The position numbers and the translations under genes are program-made. This document shows, one piece after another, positions 55,059 to 63,214 of a stretch of 64,000 nt of DNA (position 1 is the first letter of the stretch; every line of letters begins with the position of its first letter). Below the pieces are notes generated by a model, which was not told the DNA's origin, did not search any database, and saw nothing but the letters and a program-made list of their open reading frames with translations. This DNA comes from an uncultured Candidatus Saccharibacteria bacterium (GTDB lineage Bacteria > Patescibacteriota > Dojkabacteria > JAHIVN01). The DNA lies in the NCBI GenBank assembly GCA_964572065.1, contig CAZNER010000001.1, forward strand, positions 504-64,503. The letters run 5' to 3'.

Positions 55059-55664
55059 CTATTGCTTTACAAAGAAGGGAGGTAAAGAATCCTGTAATTT
55101 TATCAATTTTTCATATCTTTGAGTTAATAACTTTTGAATCTGTAAATCCTTTGAAAGATAATCAGAAATTCTATGTTTAAAGGTTTTTCGTAAAACAATA
55201 GCATAATTGGAATCGAGTTTTAAAAACTTTAACAACTCATTTATAATTTGAGGCAATTTTTCGTATCTAACAAAAATTAGAGAATTTCCCGGTCCAGGAT
55301 TAAAATCAAACCACGCTTTAAAATAGTCATATAATTCAAAAATATCTTCAGAATAATTCATCAAAAAAGTTTCTAAATTAAAATTTAATGGTACCATCTT
55401 CCTTTTAATACTGTGATTAATAAAAAACATATTTATCCAATTTTTATTTTTGCCGTTTTGACTCCTTTTCCATTCTTGTCTTCTAAAAAAAGATAGCACA
55501 GCATTACGAGGATCTCCATAAATAATTATATGAATATTACACAATCCGGGAATTGGCCTGCGGTGTGGGTTGTGCTTAGAATTTCGTACTACTACATATT
55601 TTTCTAAAAAAGAAACTAAAAAGTGATAACCGCAACCACCATAACTAAATATTCGAATACTCAT
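55059..55664 (-). CDS. sulfotransferase-like protein (paralog B), bracketed by direct repeats
   Basis: SYGGCGYHF and IYGDPRNAVLSFFRR. TAAGGAG upstream. Confidence 0.45.
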   Translation of the reverse strand: MSIRIFSYGGCGYHFLVSFLEKYVVVRNSKHNPHRRPIPGLCNIHIIIYGDPRNAVLSFFRRQEWKRSQNGKNKNWINMFFINHSIKRKMVPLNFNLETFLMNYSEDIFELYDYFKAWFDFNPGPGNSLIFVRYEKLPQIINELLKFLKLDSNYAIVLRKTFKHRISDYLSKDLQIQKLLTQRYEKLIKLQDSLPPFFVKQ

Positions 55665-55673
55665 AATTGCTCC

Positions 55674-55721
55674 TTAAACATTTTTTCGAGAAGAAAGTAA
55701 ATTTATACAAGCTTTTAACAT
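55674..55721 (-). pseudogene. 15-codon 5' remnant of the GT15-like gene
   Basis: ATGTTAAAAGCTTGTATAAATTTACTTTCTTCTCGAAAAAATGTTTAA duplicates codons 1-13 of 54044..54940, then stops. The stop overlaps the SD of 55059..55664. Confidence 0.7.
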
Positions 55722-55783
55722 TTCTTTAAATCCTCTTTATAAAGATTTTTTATAATTTGAATAACTTTATCATATTCTTTAAT
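55676..55783. repeat. direct repeat copy B (about 108 bp)
   Basis: See 54894..55004. This copy contains the intact 3' end of 55715..56560 plus the truncated GT15-like start. Confidence 0.85.
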
Positions 55784-56560
55784 AATCCATTCTTTTCTTC
55801 TATCAAAACCGTAGCTTTTATAATTCGTTTGTTGTAATATATTTATTATAATACTATTAGTTAATTTTACGGTATCTAAACATTGTTGTATATAAGGAAT
55901 TCTTCTAGGAATAGCTAATAATCCGTTATAATATTGTTCTAATAAAGATTTAGAAACATTAAAAAAAGTAAAAAATTCTTTTTTAATAAAAAAAGCGTCT
56001 TGATAACTACATAAAAGCTTATAACCTTTACTTTCAAAAACAGAATTCATAACTTGTAAACTCTGTTGTATGTTATACTTAGCTATTATTTTAGGTACTC
56101 TTTTATAAAACGGGTGTAATACCTGACCTCCTTCGATACAAACAACTATAGGTAAATGTTTAATAATAGTTTCGAAAATTTCTAAATCTAAACCGTCTAT
56201 ATCAATAGAACAAAAAGCAATCTGAGGAACCTTTTTATAGGTATTCTCCAATATATTATCAAATAAATTATTGCCAGAAAAACCCACAGCAATATTTACG
56301 CAACGAATGTTTTTATCCTTTTTATAATTTTGTTGTAAGTAATCAAATTTATTTTTATTACTTTCTATAAAAAGCCCTGACCAACCATATTCGTATAACC
56401 GTCTACAATTACTACCTTTAATACCATCCCAAGCACCAAATTCTACAAAAAAACCGGTATTCACAGCTAATTCCTTAAATATATATTCTATAATACCATC
56501 ATTTCCGCAAGTAGAATACTTATCATATTTATAATTTAATATATTCTTTTTTACACTCAT
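55715..56560 (-). CDS. FkbM-like methyltransferase (SQHGEDG subtype)
   Basis: YSTCGNDGIIEYI...FVEFGAWDGIKGSNC...GLFIESN. Paralog of 51129..51773. Confidence 0.55.
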   Translation of the reverse strand: MSVKKNILNYKYDKYSTCGNDGIIEYIFKELAVNTGFFVEFGAWDGIKGSNCRRLYEYGWSGLFIESNKNKFDYLQQNYKKDKNIRCVNIAVGFSGNNLFDNILENTYKKVPQIAFCSIDIDGLDLEIFETIIKHLPIVVCIEGGQVLHPFYKRVPKIIAKYNIQQSLQVMNSVFESKGYKLLCSYQDAFFIKKEFFTFFNVSKSLLEQYYNGLLAIPRRIPYIQQCLDTVKLTNSIIINILQQTNYKSYGFDRRKEWIIKEYDKVIQIIKNLYKEDLKKC

Positions 56561-56566
56561 TTATAT

Positions 56567-57544
56567 TTACTCTTTAGATTTTAATATCTGATTTACAATC
56601 CAAGGATAAGTTTTTATTAAACCTTCTTTTAAAGTATATTGAACTTTCCAACCTAAAGTTGCTATTTTGTTACTTATTAAAACTCTGGCTTCTACGCCAA
56701 CGGGCCCCGGAATTGAATGTAATTTTATAGTTTTATTGGCTACGCTGGCTATAGTAGCTGCTAACTCTGTTACAGAAACAAATTCTGCTGAACCAATGTT
56801 TGCTGGTTCAGTTAAAGAAGATTGCATTAATATATATATACCCTTAATAGTATCATCTATGTAAGTATAAGAACGTACAGCCGTACCATCCCCCCAAATA
56901 TCTATAGTACTGCCATCGTTCGCTATAGCTATTTTACGGCATAAAGCCGCGGGAGCCTTTTCTCTACCTCCTCGCCAAGTACCTTCTGGCCCATAACAGT
57001 TTTGAAATCTAGCTATTCTAATAGTCATGCCATATTTACGACCGAAAGCAGCAATCATGCGTTCTGTATATAATTTCTCCCAACCATATTCGTTGTCTGG
57101 AAAAGCTGGATAAGCAGCTTCTTCCGGCAAAGCTTTTTCTCCTATACGCATATTTCTATAAACACAAGCAGAAGAAGAAAAGAAATATTTTTTAACGCCT
57201 TTTTTAGCACAAGCATGAATCATATGAATATTTATTAAAGCGGAATTGTGCATGATTTCACATTCTGCAGATTCAATAAAACCCATACCTCCCATATCTG
57301 CTGCGAGTTGGTATACTTCATCGGGTACTTGTTTGTTGTCTATATCCATATCTTTTATATCGACAGCTTTTATACAATTTCCTGGATCTCTCAAATCTAA
57401 TAAAAGAAAATCGTCTGCTGTGCTGGCTGAAAATTCTGGGTGTTTCAAATCAACCCCTCGAACCCAATAGCCTTCTTTTTTAAGTTTCTTGACTAAATGA
57501 GAACCTATAAAACCGCCAGCTCCTGTCACTAAAGCTGTTTTCAT
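56567..57544 (-). CDS. GDP-mannose 3,5-epimerase-like NAD-dependent epimerase
   Basis: VTGAGGFIGSH, LAADMGGMGFI, SSACVY, YGWEKL, RFQNCYGPEGTWRGGREKAPAALCRK, WGDGTAVRSYTYIDD and IPGPVGVEAR follow the plant GME sequence block by block (from memory). Confidence 0.8.
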   Translation of the reverse strand: MKTALVTGAGGFIGSHLVKKLKKEGYWVRGVDLKHPEFSASTADDFLLLDLRDPGNCIKAVDIKDMDIDNKQVPDEVYQLAADMGGMGFIESAECEIMHNSALINIHMIHACAKKGVKKYFFSSSACVYRNMRIGEKALPEEAAYPAFPDNEYGWEKLYTERMIAAFGRKYGMTIRIARFQNCYGPEGTWRGGREKAPAALCRKIAIANDGSTIDIWGDGTAVRSYTYIDDTIKGIYILMQSSLTEPANIGSAEFVSVTELAATIASVANKTIKLHSIPGPVGVEARVLISNKIATLGWKVQYTLKEGLIKTYPWIVNQILKSKE

Positions 57545-57567
57545 AATAATACTCCTTTCTTAAATAA

Positions 57568-58113
57568 TTATTGATATACCCCTTCAATTTTAAACTTTAC
57601 ATTTTTAATATCTTTTAATTGTTGAATTAAAAAATCATGTTTTAATTTTGAATACCCCGTCTTAGTATAATGAAATTCTACAGATAAATCATTTATATAG
57701 TGAATAGTCTTGTCTTTAAGCATTTTTTGTAATACCTCATATTCCGCGCCTTCAATATCCATCCTTAAAATAATATAATCATCTTTCTTGAAAGTTCTAA
57801 CTAACCAATGACTAAAATCTATACATTTAACTTTAAAAGCTGCTTCTTTATCTACATTATTTTTACTTCCGATAAGTGTACTACCTGTCGCTGTTAATTT
57901 TTTTGAATTAATAAAAAACTCTACCCAACCATAATATATCCATAAAGCATAATCTAAAAATAATATATCTTCCCTATTTACTAAATATTTCTTAAAATAA
58001 GGATTTGGTTCAAAACAATAAATCTCAAAAGAAGGTTCATAAAAACTTTCTTGTTTAAAAGCCTCTATAGATTGGCCTTTGTGGCCTCCGGCGTCTATAA
58101 AAATTTTTCGCAT
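57568..58113 (-). CDS. FkbM-family methyltransferase
   Basis: IFIDAGGHKGQS and IYCFEPNPYF. Confidence 0.65.
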   Translation of the reverse strand: MRKIFIDAGGHKGQSIEAFKQESFYEPSFEIYCFEPNPYFKKYLVNREDILFLDYALWIYYGWVEFFINSKKLTATGSTLIGSKNNVDKEAAFKVKCIDFSHWLVRTFKKDDYIILRMDIEGAEYEVLQKMLKDKTIHYINDLSVEFHYTKTGYSKLKHDFLIQQLKDIKNVKFKIEGVYQ

Positions 58114-58133
58114 ATATTTATCTTAAAAATATA

Positions 58134-59042
58134 TCAAAACAAACAACTTTGTAATACTTCTAAATATTGTTTAGAAACATGACTAATTTGTAAAATCTCA
58201 GGCAATTTCACTCTATCTCTTTTAAAATACTTTTCATGTAAAGCTTTTAACAATTTTTGTTCTATAATATTAGGTAAAATATTAAAAGATTCTTTATAAT
58301 AGTCAATCTTTTCTTCTTTTTCTTCTCCCGATAATATAATACAACCTTCAATAAGTCGAGACATTTCTGTCGCCCCACCGCAGGCATCCGTAGTAATAAT
58401 GGGTATACCAGCGCCTACTATTTCTAGAAAAGCGTTTGGACACCAATCTTTTTTTGCTATATAAATCCCTAAATCCATTTTTTGTAAAAGGGCTTTAATC
58501 TGTTCTTGATTTCTTTGTCCATGATATTTTACATTAATAATATTTCTTTGTATATCTGGGTTACCTATTACGTGTAAAAAACTATTAGGATGTTTTACTA
58601 CAAACTTTTCAAATATATTTAATATCTCTTTTAACCTTTTCCAACGTCGCCAAGAAGCTAATACTACTATATTAAATTCTTTATGGGGTATATAAGAACT
58701 ACACCAATTTGGTTCTATGCCATTATATATTATTGTATTTTTATTTTCTGGTACTTGTAAATATTGTTGACAAACTTTTTTACAAAAACTACTTTGATAA
58801 ACAACTTTACAAGCAATTTGGGTACTTTTTCGTACTTTAGAAATATGGCTTTTATCGTTCAAAAATAAACCGTCTAATCTTAAAACTTTGGGTAAGTTCG
58901 TTTTGGTTTTAAATTCTATAAAAGAAAGATGTATATTCGCTTTTTTAAAATCAGAAACTATGTTATGATTTAAATTTTTCCAATGGGGTATTAACCTTTG
59001 AGTAAATATATGGGTTTTACCATTATCAATAAAAATATTCAT
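58134..59042 (-). CDS. GT-B (GT4-like) glycosyltransferase
   Basis: C-terminal FLEIVGAGIPIITTDACGGATEM (EX7E-type region). Confidence 0.6.
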   Translation of the reverse strand: MNIFIDNGKTHIFTQRLIPHWKNLNHNIVSDFKKANIHLSFIEFKTKTNLPKVLRLDGLFLNDKSHISKVRKSTQIACKVVYQSSFCKKVCQQYLQVPENKNTIIYNGIEPNWCSSYIPHKEFNIVVLASWRRWKRLKEILNIFEKFVVKHPNSFLHVIGNPDIQRNIINVKYHGQRNQEQIKALLQKMDLGIYIAKKDWCPNAFLEIVGAGIPIITTDACGGATEMSRLIEGCIILSGEEKEEKIDYYKESFNILPNIIEQKLLKALHEKYFKRDRVKLPEILQISHVSKQYLEVLQSCLF

Positions 59043-60983
59043 TTATAAAGTTTGTGCCTTTAAAAAAACTTGTTTATAACGTAAATTAACATCTTCAATA
59101 TTTAAATTTGGAATTTTTGTTTTTATTCTATCTTGATATTTAAAATAAGAATTAAATAATCCACGTATTTGTTCTGCGCCGAGCTTAGATAAAGAAGTTA
59201 TATAATCTTTTTTTTGAGTGTCTACCTCTAAAACTTTTCCGGTATTACCTACAAAAATTCCCACAGAACCACCTTGAATACAAATAATAGGTACACCACA
59301 AACAAAACTTTCTAAAACTATATTCTGCCAATCATCAGGCAAAGGATGATATAAAGCATCTAATTTATTATATATTTCAAGTCGTTTTTTTGCATCTGGT
59401 TTGCTAAAATAAGTATATATATTATCTTGCAATTTATACAATATAGTTTTAGACATATTATCTCTAAAATGTTTTTGACATTCTTTATTAATTTTTCCAA
59501 TAAAAAACAAATTCATAGAATAATTCTTTCTCTTGCATTCAAAAAATATCTCAAATAAACTATTTATCTGAAAAGGATATTCAAAAGGTCCAAAAATACC
59601 AACGTTTTGTAATTTTCTATTTCTTCCTCGATATTTAAAAAATTCTAAATCTACATTATTTTGTATGATATCGAAATTTTTCTCTCTAAAATATAAGGCA
59701 TCGGCTTTATTTTTTATATGTATATTAGAATATATTACAAAATCGGCATTTTTAAGACAGAAAAGAACTTTACTATTATATTCTTTCATGCGTTTTGTAA
59801 AAGTTGTTTGTAACATCTCATAAAATATAGAGTAATAAAAACTCGAAAGTTTAAAAACAATTTTAATATTTTTTTCTTTTAACGAATTTAAAATTTCTTG
59901 ATCAAAAAAAGTATTATCATAAAAAGCCGCTATTCCTTTTTTCGGTTGTCGTACTATATTTACATATTTTGTATCTATAGTAGTTTTATATTTATCTTCT
60001 GCTTTTAAAAAAATAGTACAAGATTTATACTTAGGATTCTTTAACACTTTTTCATAAATAGTAATTAATTTTTGGCCTGTTTGTTTCCAAGTAAAATTAT
60101 TTAATATAAATTTATGTAATTTATCATTCAAAGGAGTTTTTAAAACTTTATTTAAAGTTTCTTTCATACTAGACAAACTAGAAGTACAATAAAAACCGTA
60201 ACCCCCTAAATATTCTTCTATGCAACCTACTTTTGTAGTAATTACGTGACAACCCGCAGCAGCCCCCTCAATACAAGCAAGTGAGGCAACTTCTGATGTC
60301 GATGGTTGCATAACAATACTAGCTTTCTTAAAAACTTCAATCATCTGTTCATGCGGTATCCAATCATTAAATTTTATATTATGATTTGAAGCTTCTTTTA
60401 TGCATTTATCATAATAATTATAGTCACTGCGTTCTTTACGGCCATAAAAATCTATCGGTATATTATATTCCTTTGCAACTTTTATAGTAGCCAATTGATT
60501 TTTCAATCCGCAATAAGGACCTACTTGTATTATTTTGCTTTCTTTTTTATTTATAGGTAAATCTTTAAATAAAGAAGCTTCTACACCATTATGTACTATA
60601 TAACAATTTTTTTGGTTTTTAAAACCAGCACTTATAGCATCTTGTTTTTCCCTTTTTCCCAAAAAAATAACAGCTTCAGCTTCTCTAAAACAATTATCAT
60701 AACATTGATAATGCCTACCTTGTTTATGATAATTGGAAAGGCCCCAATAAATAGGAGACCAAACAATAGGTTTAGATAAGCTATGAGCTATTTTTATATA
60801 AGTATAAGCTTTCACAAATAAATGAATAACATCAAAATCTTTTAAGTGTTTATGATCACTAGTAGTTTTAAGAAAAACTTTATATCCAAGTTTTTCTATA
60901 GCTTTCGCTGTTTCTATAATTTGTACTGCATGACCACCTTTGGGTAAACACCTCAATCCTGGCATCCAAAGACAGATATTCAT
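59043..60983 (-). CDS. two-domain GT-B glycosyltransferase
   Basis: The N-terminal half has GGHAVQIIE...PSTSEVASLACIEGAAAGCHVITTKVG. The C-terminal half has a second GT1-like LESFVCGVPIICIQGGS. Confidence 0.65.
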   Translation of the reverse strand: MNICLWMPGLRCLPKGGHAVQIIETAKAIEKLGYKVFLKTTSDHKHLKDFDVIHLFVKAYTYIKIAHSLSKPIVWSPIYWGLSNYHKQGRHYQCYDNCFREAEAVIFLGKREKQDAISAGFKNQKNCYIVHNGVEASLFKDLPINKKESKIIQVGPYCGLKNQLATIKVAKEYNIPIDFYGRKERSDYNYYDKCIKEASNHNIKFNDWIPHEQMIEVFKKASIVMQPSTSEVASLACIEGAAAGCHVITTKVGCIEEYLGGYGFYCTSSLSSMKETLNKVLKTPLNDKLHKFILNNFTWKQTGQKLITIYEKVLKNPKYKSCTIFLKAEDKYKTTIDTKYVNIVRQPKKGIAAFYDNTFFDQEILNSLKEKNIKIVFKLSSFYYSIFYEMLQTTFTKRMKEYNSKVLFCLKNADFVIYSNIHIKNKADALYFREKNFDIIQNNVDLEFFKYRGRNRKLQNVGIFGPFEYPFQINSLFEIFFECKRKNYSMNLFFIGKINKECQKHFRDNMSKTILYKLQDNIYTYFSKPDAKKRLEIYNKLDALYHPLPDDWQNIVLESFVCGVPIICIQGGSVGIFVGNTGKVLEVDTQKKDYITSLSKLGAEQIRGLFNSYFKYQDRIKTKIPNLNIEDVNLRYKQVFLKAQTL

Positions 60984-61663
60984 TTTTTATTTCTCCAATG
61001 TTGTTGTATTTTTCTAACCCATTCTTGTTGTTCCGCGTTTCTTGTTCTACTCATTTGATTTGCGTGTCCTTTCCATATACAACAGAAATGGTTTATTTTC
61101 GCTATCTTGAAACCTTTAAAAACCAGACGTAACCACATATCATAATCACCACAACAAATAATCTTATCATTATAACCGCCCGCATCAAAAAAAGCTTTTT
61201 TACGATAAGCGACGCTTGAATGACATATTGGATTACAAGTAAGTAACCTTTGTTTACTAAAATTTGGAGTAGGTTTAATAGGTTTAGAACCCAAAAACCA
61301 ATCACCGCATACTAAAGTTACGTCTTTATGTCTGTCTAAATAATCGCATTGTATAATTAATCTGTCATTAGTCATCATATCATCAGAATCTAACTCTACT
61401 ATATAATCTCCAACAGCTTTTTTATTACCGTAATTTCTAGCATTAACCCATGTATTATAATGTTTATCTAATTTATAAACTCTTAATCTTGGATATCCGG
61501 CTTTTTGTAAAAAAGATACTGTTTTATCGGTAGAACCGTCATCTACTACTATAATTTCGAAGTCATCAAAACCAGTACAAGAAGTATTTAAGTAGACACT
61601 TTCAAGACAACGTTCTATAAATTTTCTAGAATTATATGTTGGAATTACAACAGAACATTTCAT
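60980..61663 (-). CDS. GT2 family glycosyltransferase
   Basis: VVIPTYNSRKFIERCLESV, IIVVDDGSTD and ELDSDD. Confidence 0.85.
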   Translation of the reverse strand: MKCSVVIPTYNSRKFIERCLESVYLNTSCTGFDDFEIIVVDDGSTDKTVSFLQKAGYPRLRVYKLDKHYNTWVNARNYGNKKAVGDYIVELDSDDMMTNDRLIIQCDYLDRHKDVTLVCGDWFLGSKPIKPTPNFSKQRLLTCNPICHSSVAYRKKAFFDAGGYNDKIICCGDYDMWLRLVFKGFKIAKINHFCCIWKGHANQMSRTRNAEQQEWVRKIQQHWRNKK

Positions 61664-62643
61664 GTTTTAAACTCTTTATATGATTCCGTATATTTAAATA
61701 TGGGTATTCTTCCAAGGAAATACAAAACTTTTGAATATTCTTTTTGTTCTGTTCCTTGATTTGTTTCTATTTTTTTCACTTGGTTAACCAATAAATCTTC
61801 TTCTTTTTGAATACATTTAACTTCTTTTCTTGTTTCAGTTTCGATATTTATAGGAATTATCGGTTCCTGTCGCTTTTTGATATCTTTAAACTTCCAAGCT
61901 TTCCTTTTTAATTTCTCATGCTTTTCCATATCAATATATTTATTATTCCAAACTTCAGGACAAAAATCATTATAATAAGGACCTGCAGCATGAAAGCATT
62001 TTACATCTTTTAATATACCCGCTCTTAAATGGTTTTGTTCAAGCCGCTTTATATAATTACCATCTTCAAAAAAATAAATACGATCTTTTAAATAAATAAA
62101 TTCCCCTACTTTATCATATACTGTTCTCGGAATCATAGAACACCAACCACCAACTGGTCCGTATTTAATAACGAAATCTTCATAATTCTTTTCTGTATAT
62201 TGATAGTCTGCCCAAATACCTCCATTCGTATGTTCGTTCTGTACTACGTCTAAAGCTAAAAAACCTAATAACTTATCTTTATGAAAAGCTTTTAACATTA
62301 AATAAATAAAATCTCTATCTGGCAAATCAATAACATCATCATCAATCTCTAAAAAATGAGTACCAGTAGCTAATCTAGCTAACAAACAAAAAGCATTACA
62401 ACCAATATTAGTATGAAAATTTATACCGTAAAAATCTTGTATAAATTTATTTTTTTGTTTTAAATTATTTAAAGACAAATTATTAATAAAAGAAGCAGTA
62501 TTATCTGTACTGCCATTATTCCATATAAGTAACTCAAAAGGATGTCGTATTTTATTTATTATAGCATTAAAACATTTTTCAAACAATGGAAATCTATTAT
62601 AAGTTACTAATAATATACTAACATAATTGCCTGTTTTTTTCAT
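61660..62643 (-). CDS. GT2-like glycosyltransferase
   Basis: SILLVTYNRFPLFEKC, LLIWNNGSTDNT and EIDDDV. Confidence 0.7.
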   Translation of the reverse strand: MKKTGNYVSILLVTYNRFPLFEKCFNAIINKIRHPFELLIWNNGSTDNTASFINNLSLNNLKQKNKFIQDFYGINFHTNIGCNAFCLLARLATGTHFLEIDDDVIDLPDRDFIYLMLKAFHKDKLLGFLALDVVQNEHTNGGIWADYQYTEKNYEDFVIKYGPVGGWCSMIPRTVYDKVGEFIYLKDRIYFFEDGNYIKRLEQNHLRAGILKDVKCFHAAGPYYNDFCPEVWNNKYIDMEKHEKLKRKAWKFKDIKKRQEPIIPINIETETRKEVKCIQKEEDLLVNQVKKIETNQGTEQKEYSKVLYFLGRIPIFKYTESYKEFKT

Positions 62644-63212
62644 ATTTTTCTACCTATACAACCAAGACCGCAACCCGATCTTTCTTCATTATAAACAAAA
62701 TCTTTATGAGCATTTAAAAATTTTTTTACTCCTCGCATTAAATCTATACCGGGAGTTGCTATGTCATGTAGTAATATATAACCATCATCTTTTATTTTCT
62801 TATACCACAAAGTAAGCTCTTTATATATATGCCCTTCTGTATGTTCTGTATCTATAAATAATAAATCTATAGTTCTTTTTTCCCAACTTTTATGGGCTTC
62901 TAGACTAGATTCGGTATTAAAAGTCCAAAAATCATTAAATTTATTAGAATCTCCCAATCTTTCTATAAAAGTAGTGTTTGGAGGACCGACCCGTTTTTGT
63001 AGGGGTATTATATCATAACTATATAAATGACCCCCAACTGTAACTATCCCGGCAAGTAATGCTTGTGTTGAAACTCCTCCTCTTACTCCCAATTCTACTA
63101 CAGTTTTAGCATTTAAATATATAACAAAATTCATCAAAACTGTAAGATGCGGTCTTATATCAGAAGATATTTTAGATAATCCCTTTAAATTATCTAATAA
63201 TAATTTTTGCAT
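62640..63212 (-). CDS. class I SAM-dependent (O-)methyltransferase
   Basis: VVELGVRGGVST and LLFIDTEHT. Confidence 0.6.
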   Translation of the reverse strand: MQKLLLDNLKGLSKISSDIRPHLTVLMNFVIYLNAKTVVELGVRGGVSTQALLAGIVTVGGHLYSYDIIPLQKRVGPPNTTFIERLGDSNKFNDFWTFNTESSLEAHKSWEKRTIDLLFIDTEHTEGHIYKELTLWYKKIKDDGYILLHDIATPGIDLMRGVKKFLNAHKDFVYNEERSGCGLGCIGRKI

Positions 63213-63214
63213 TT

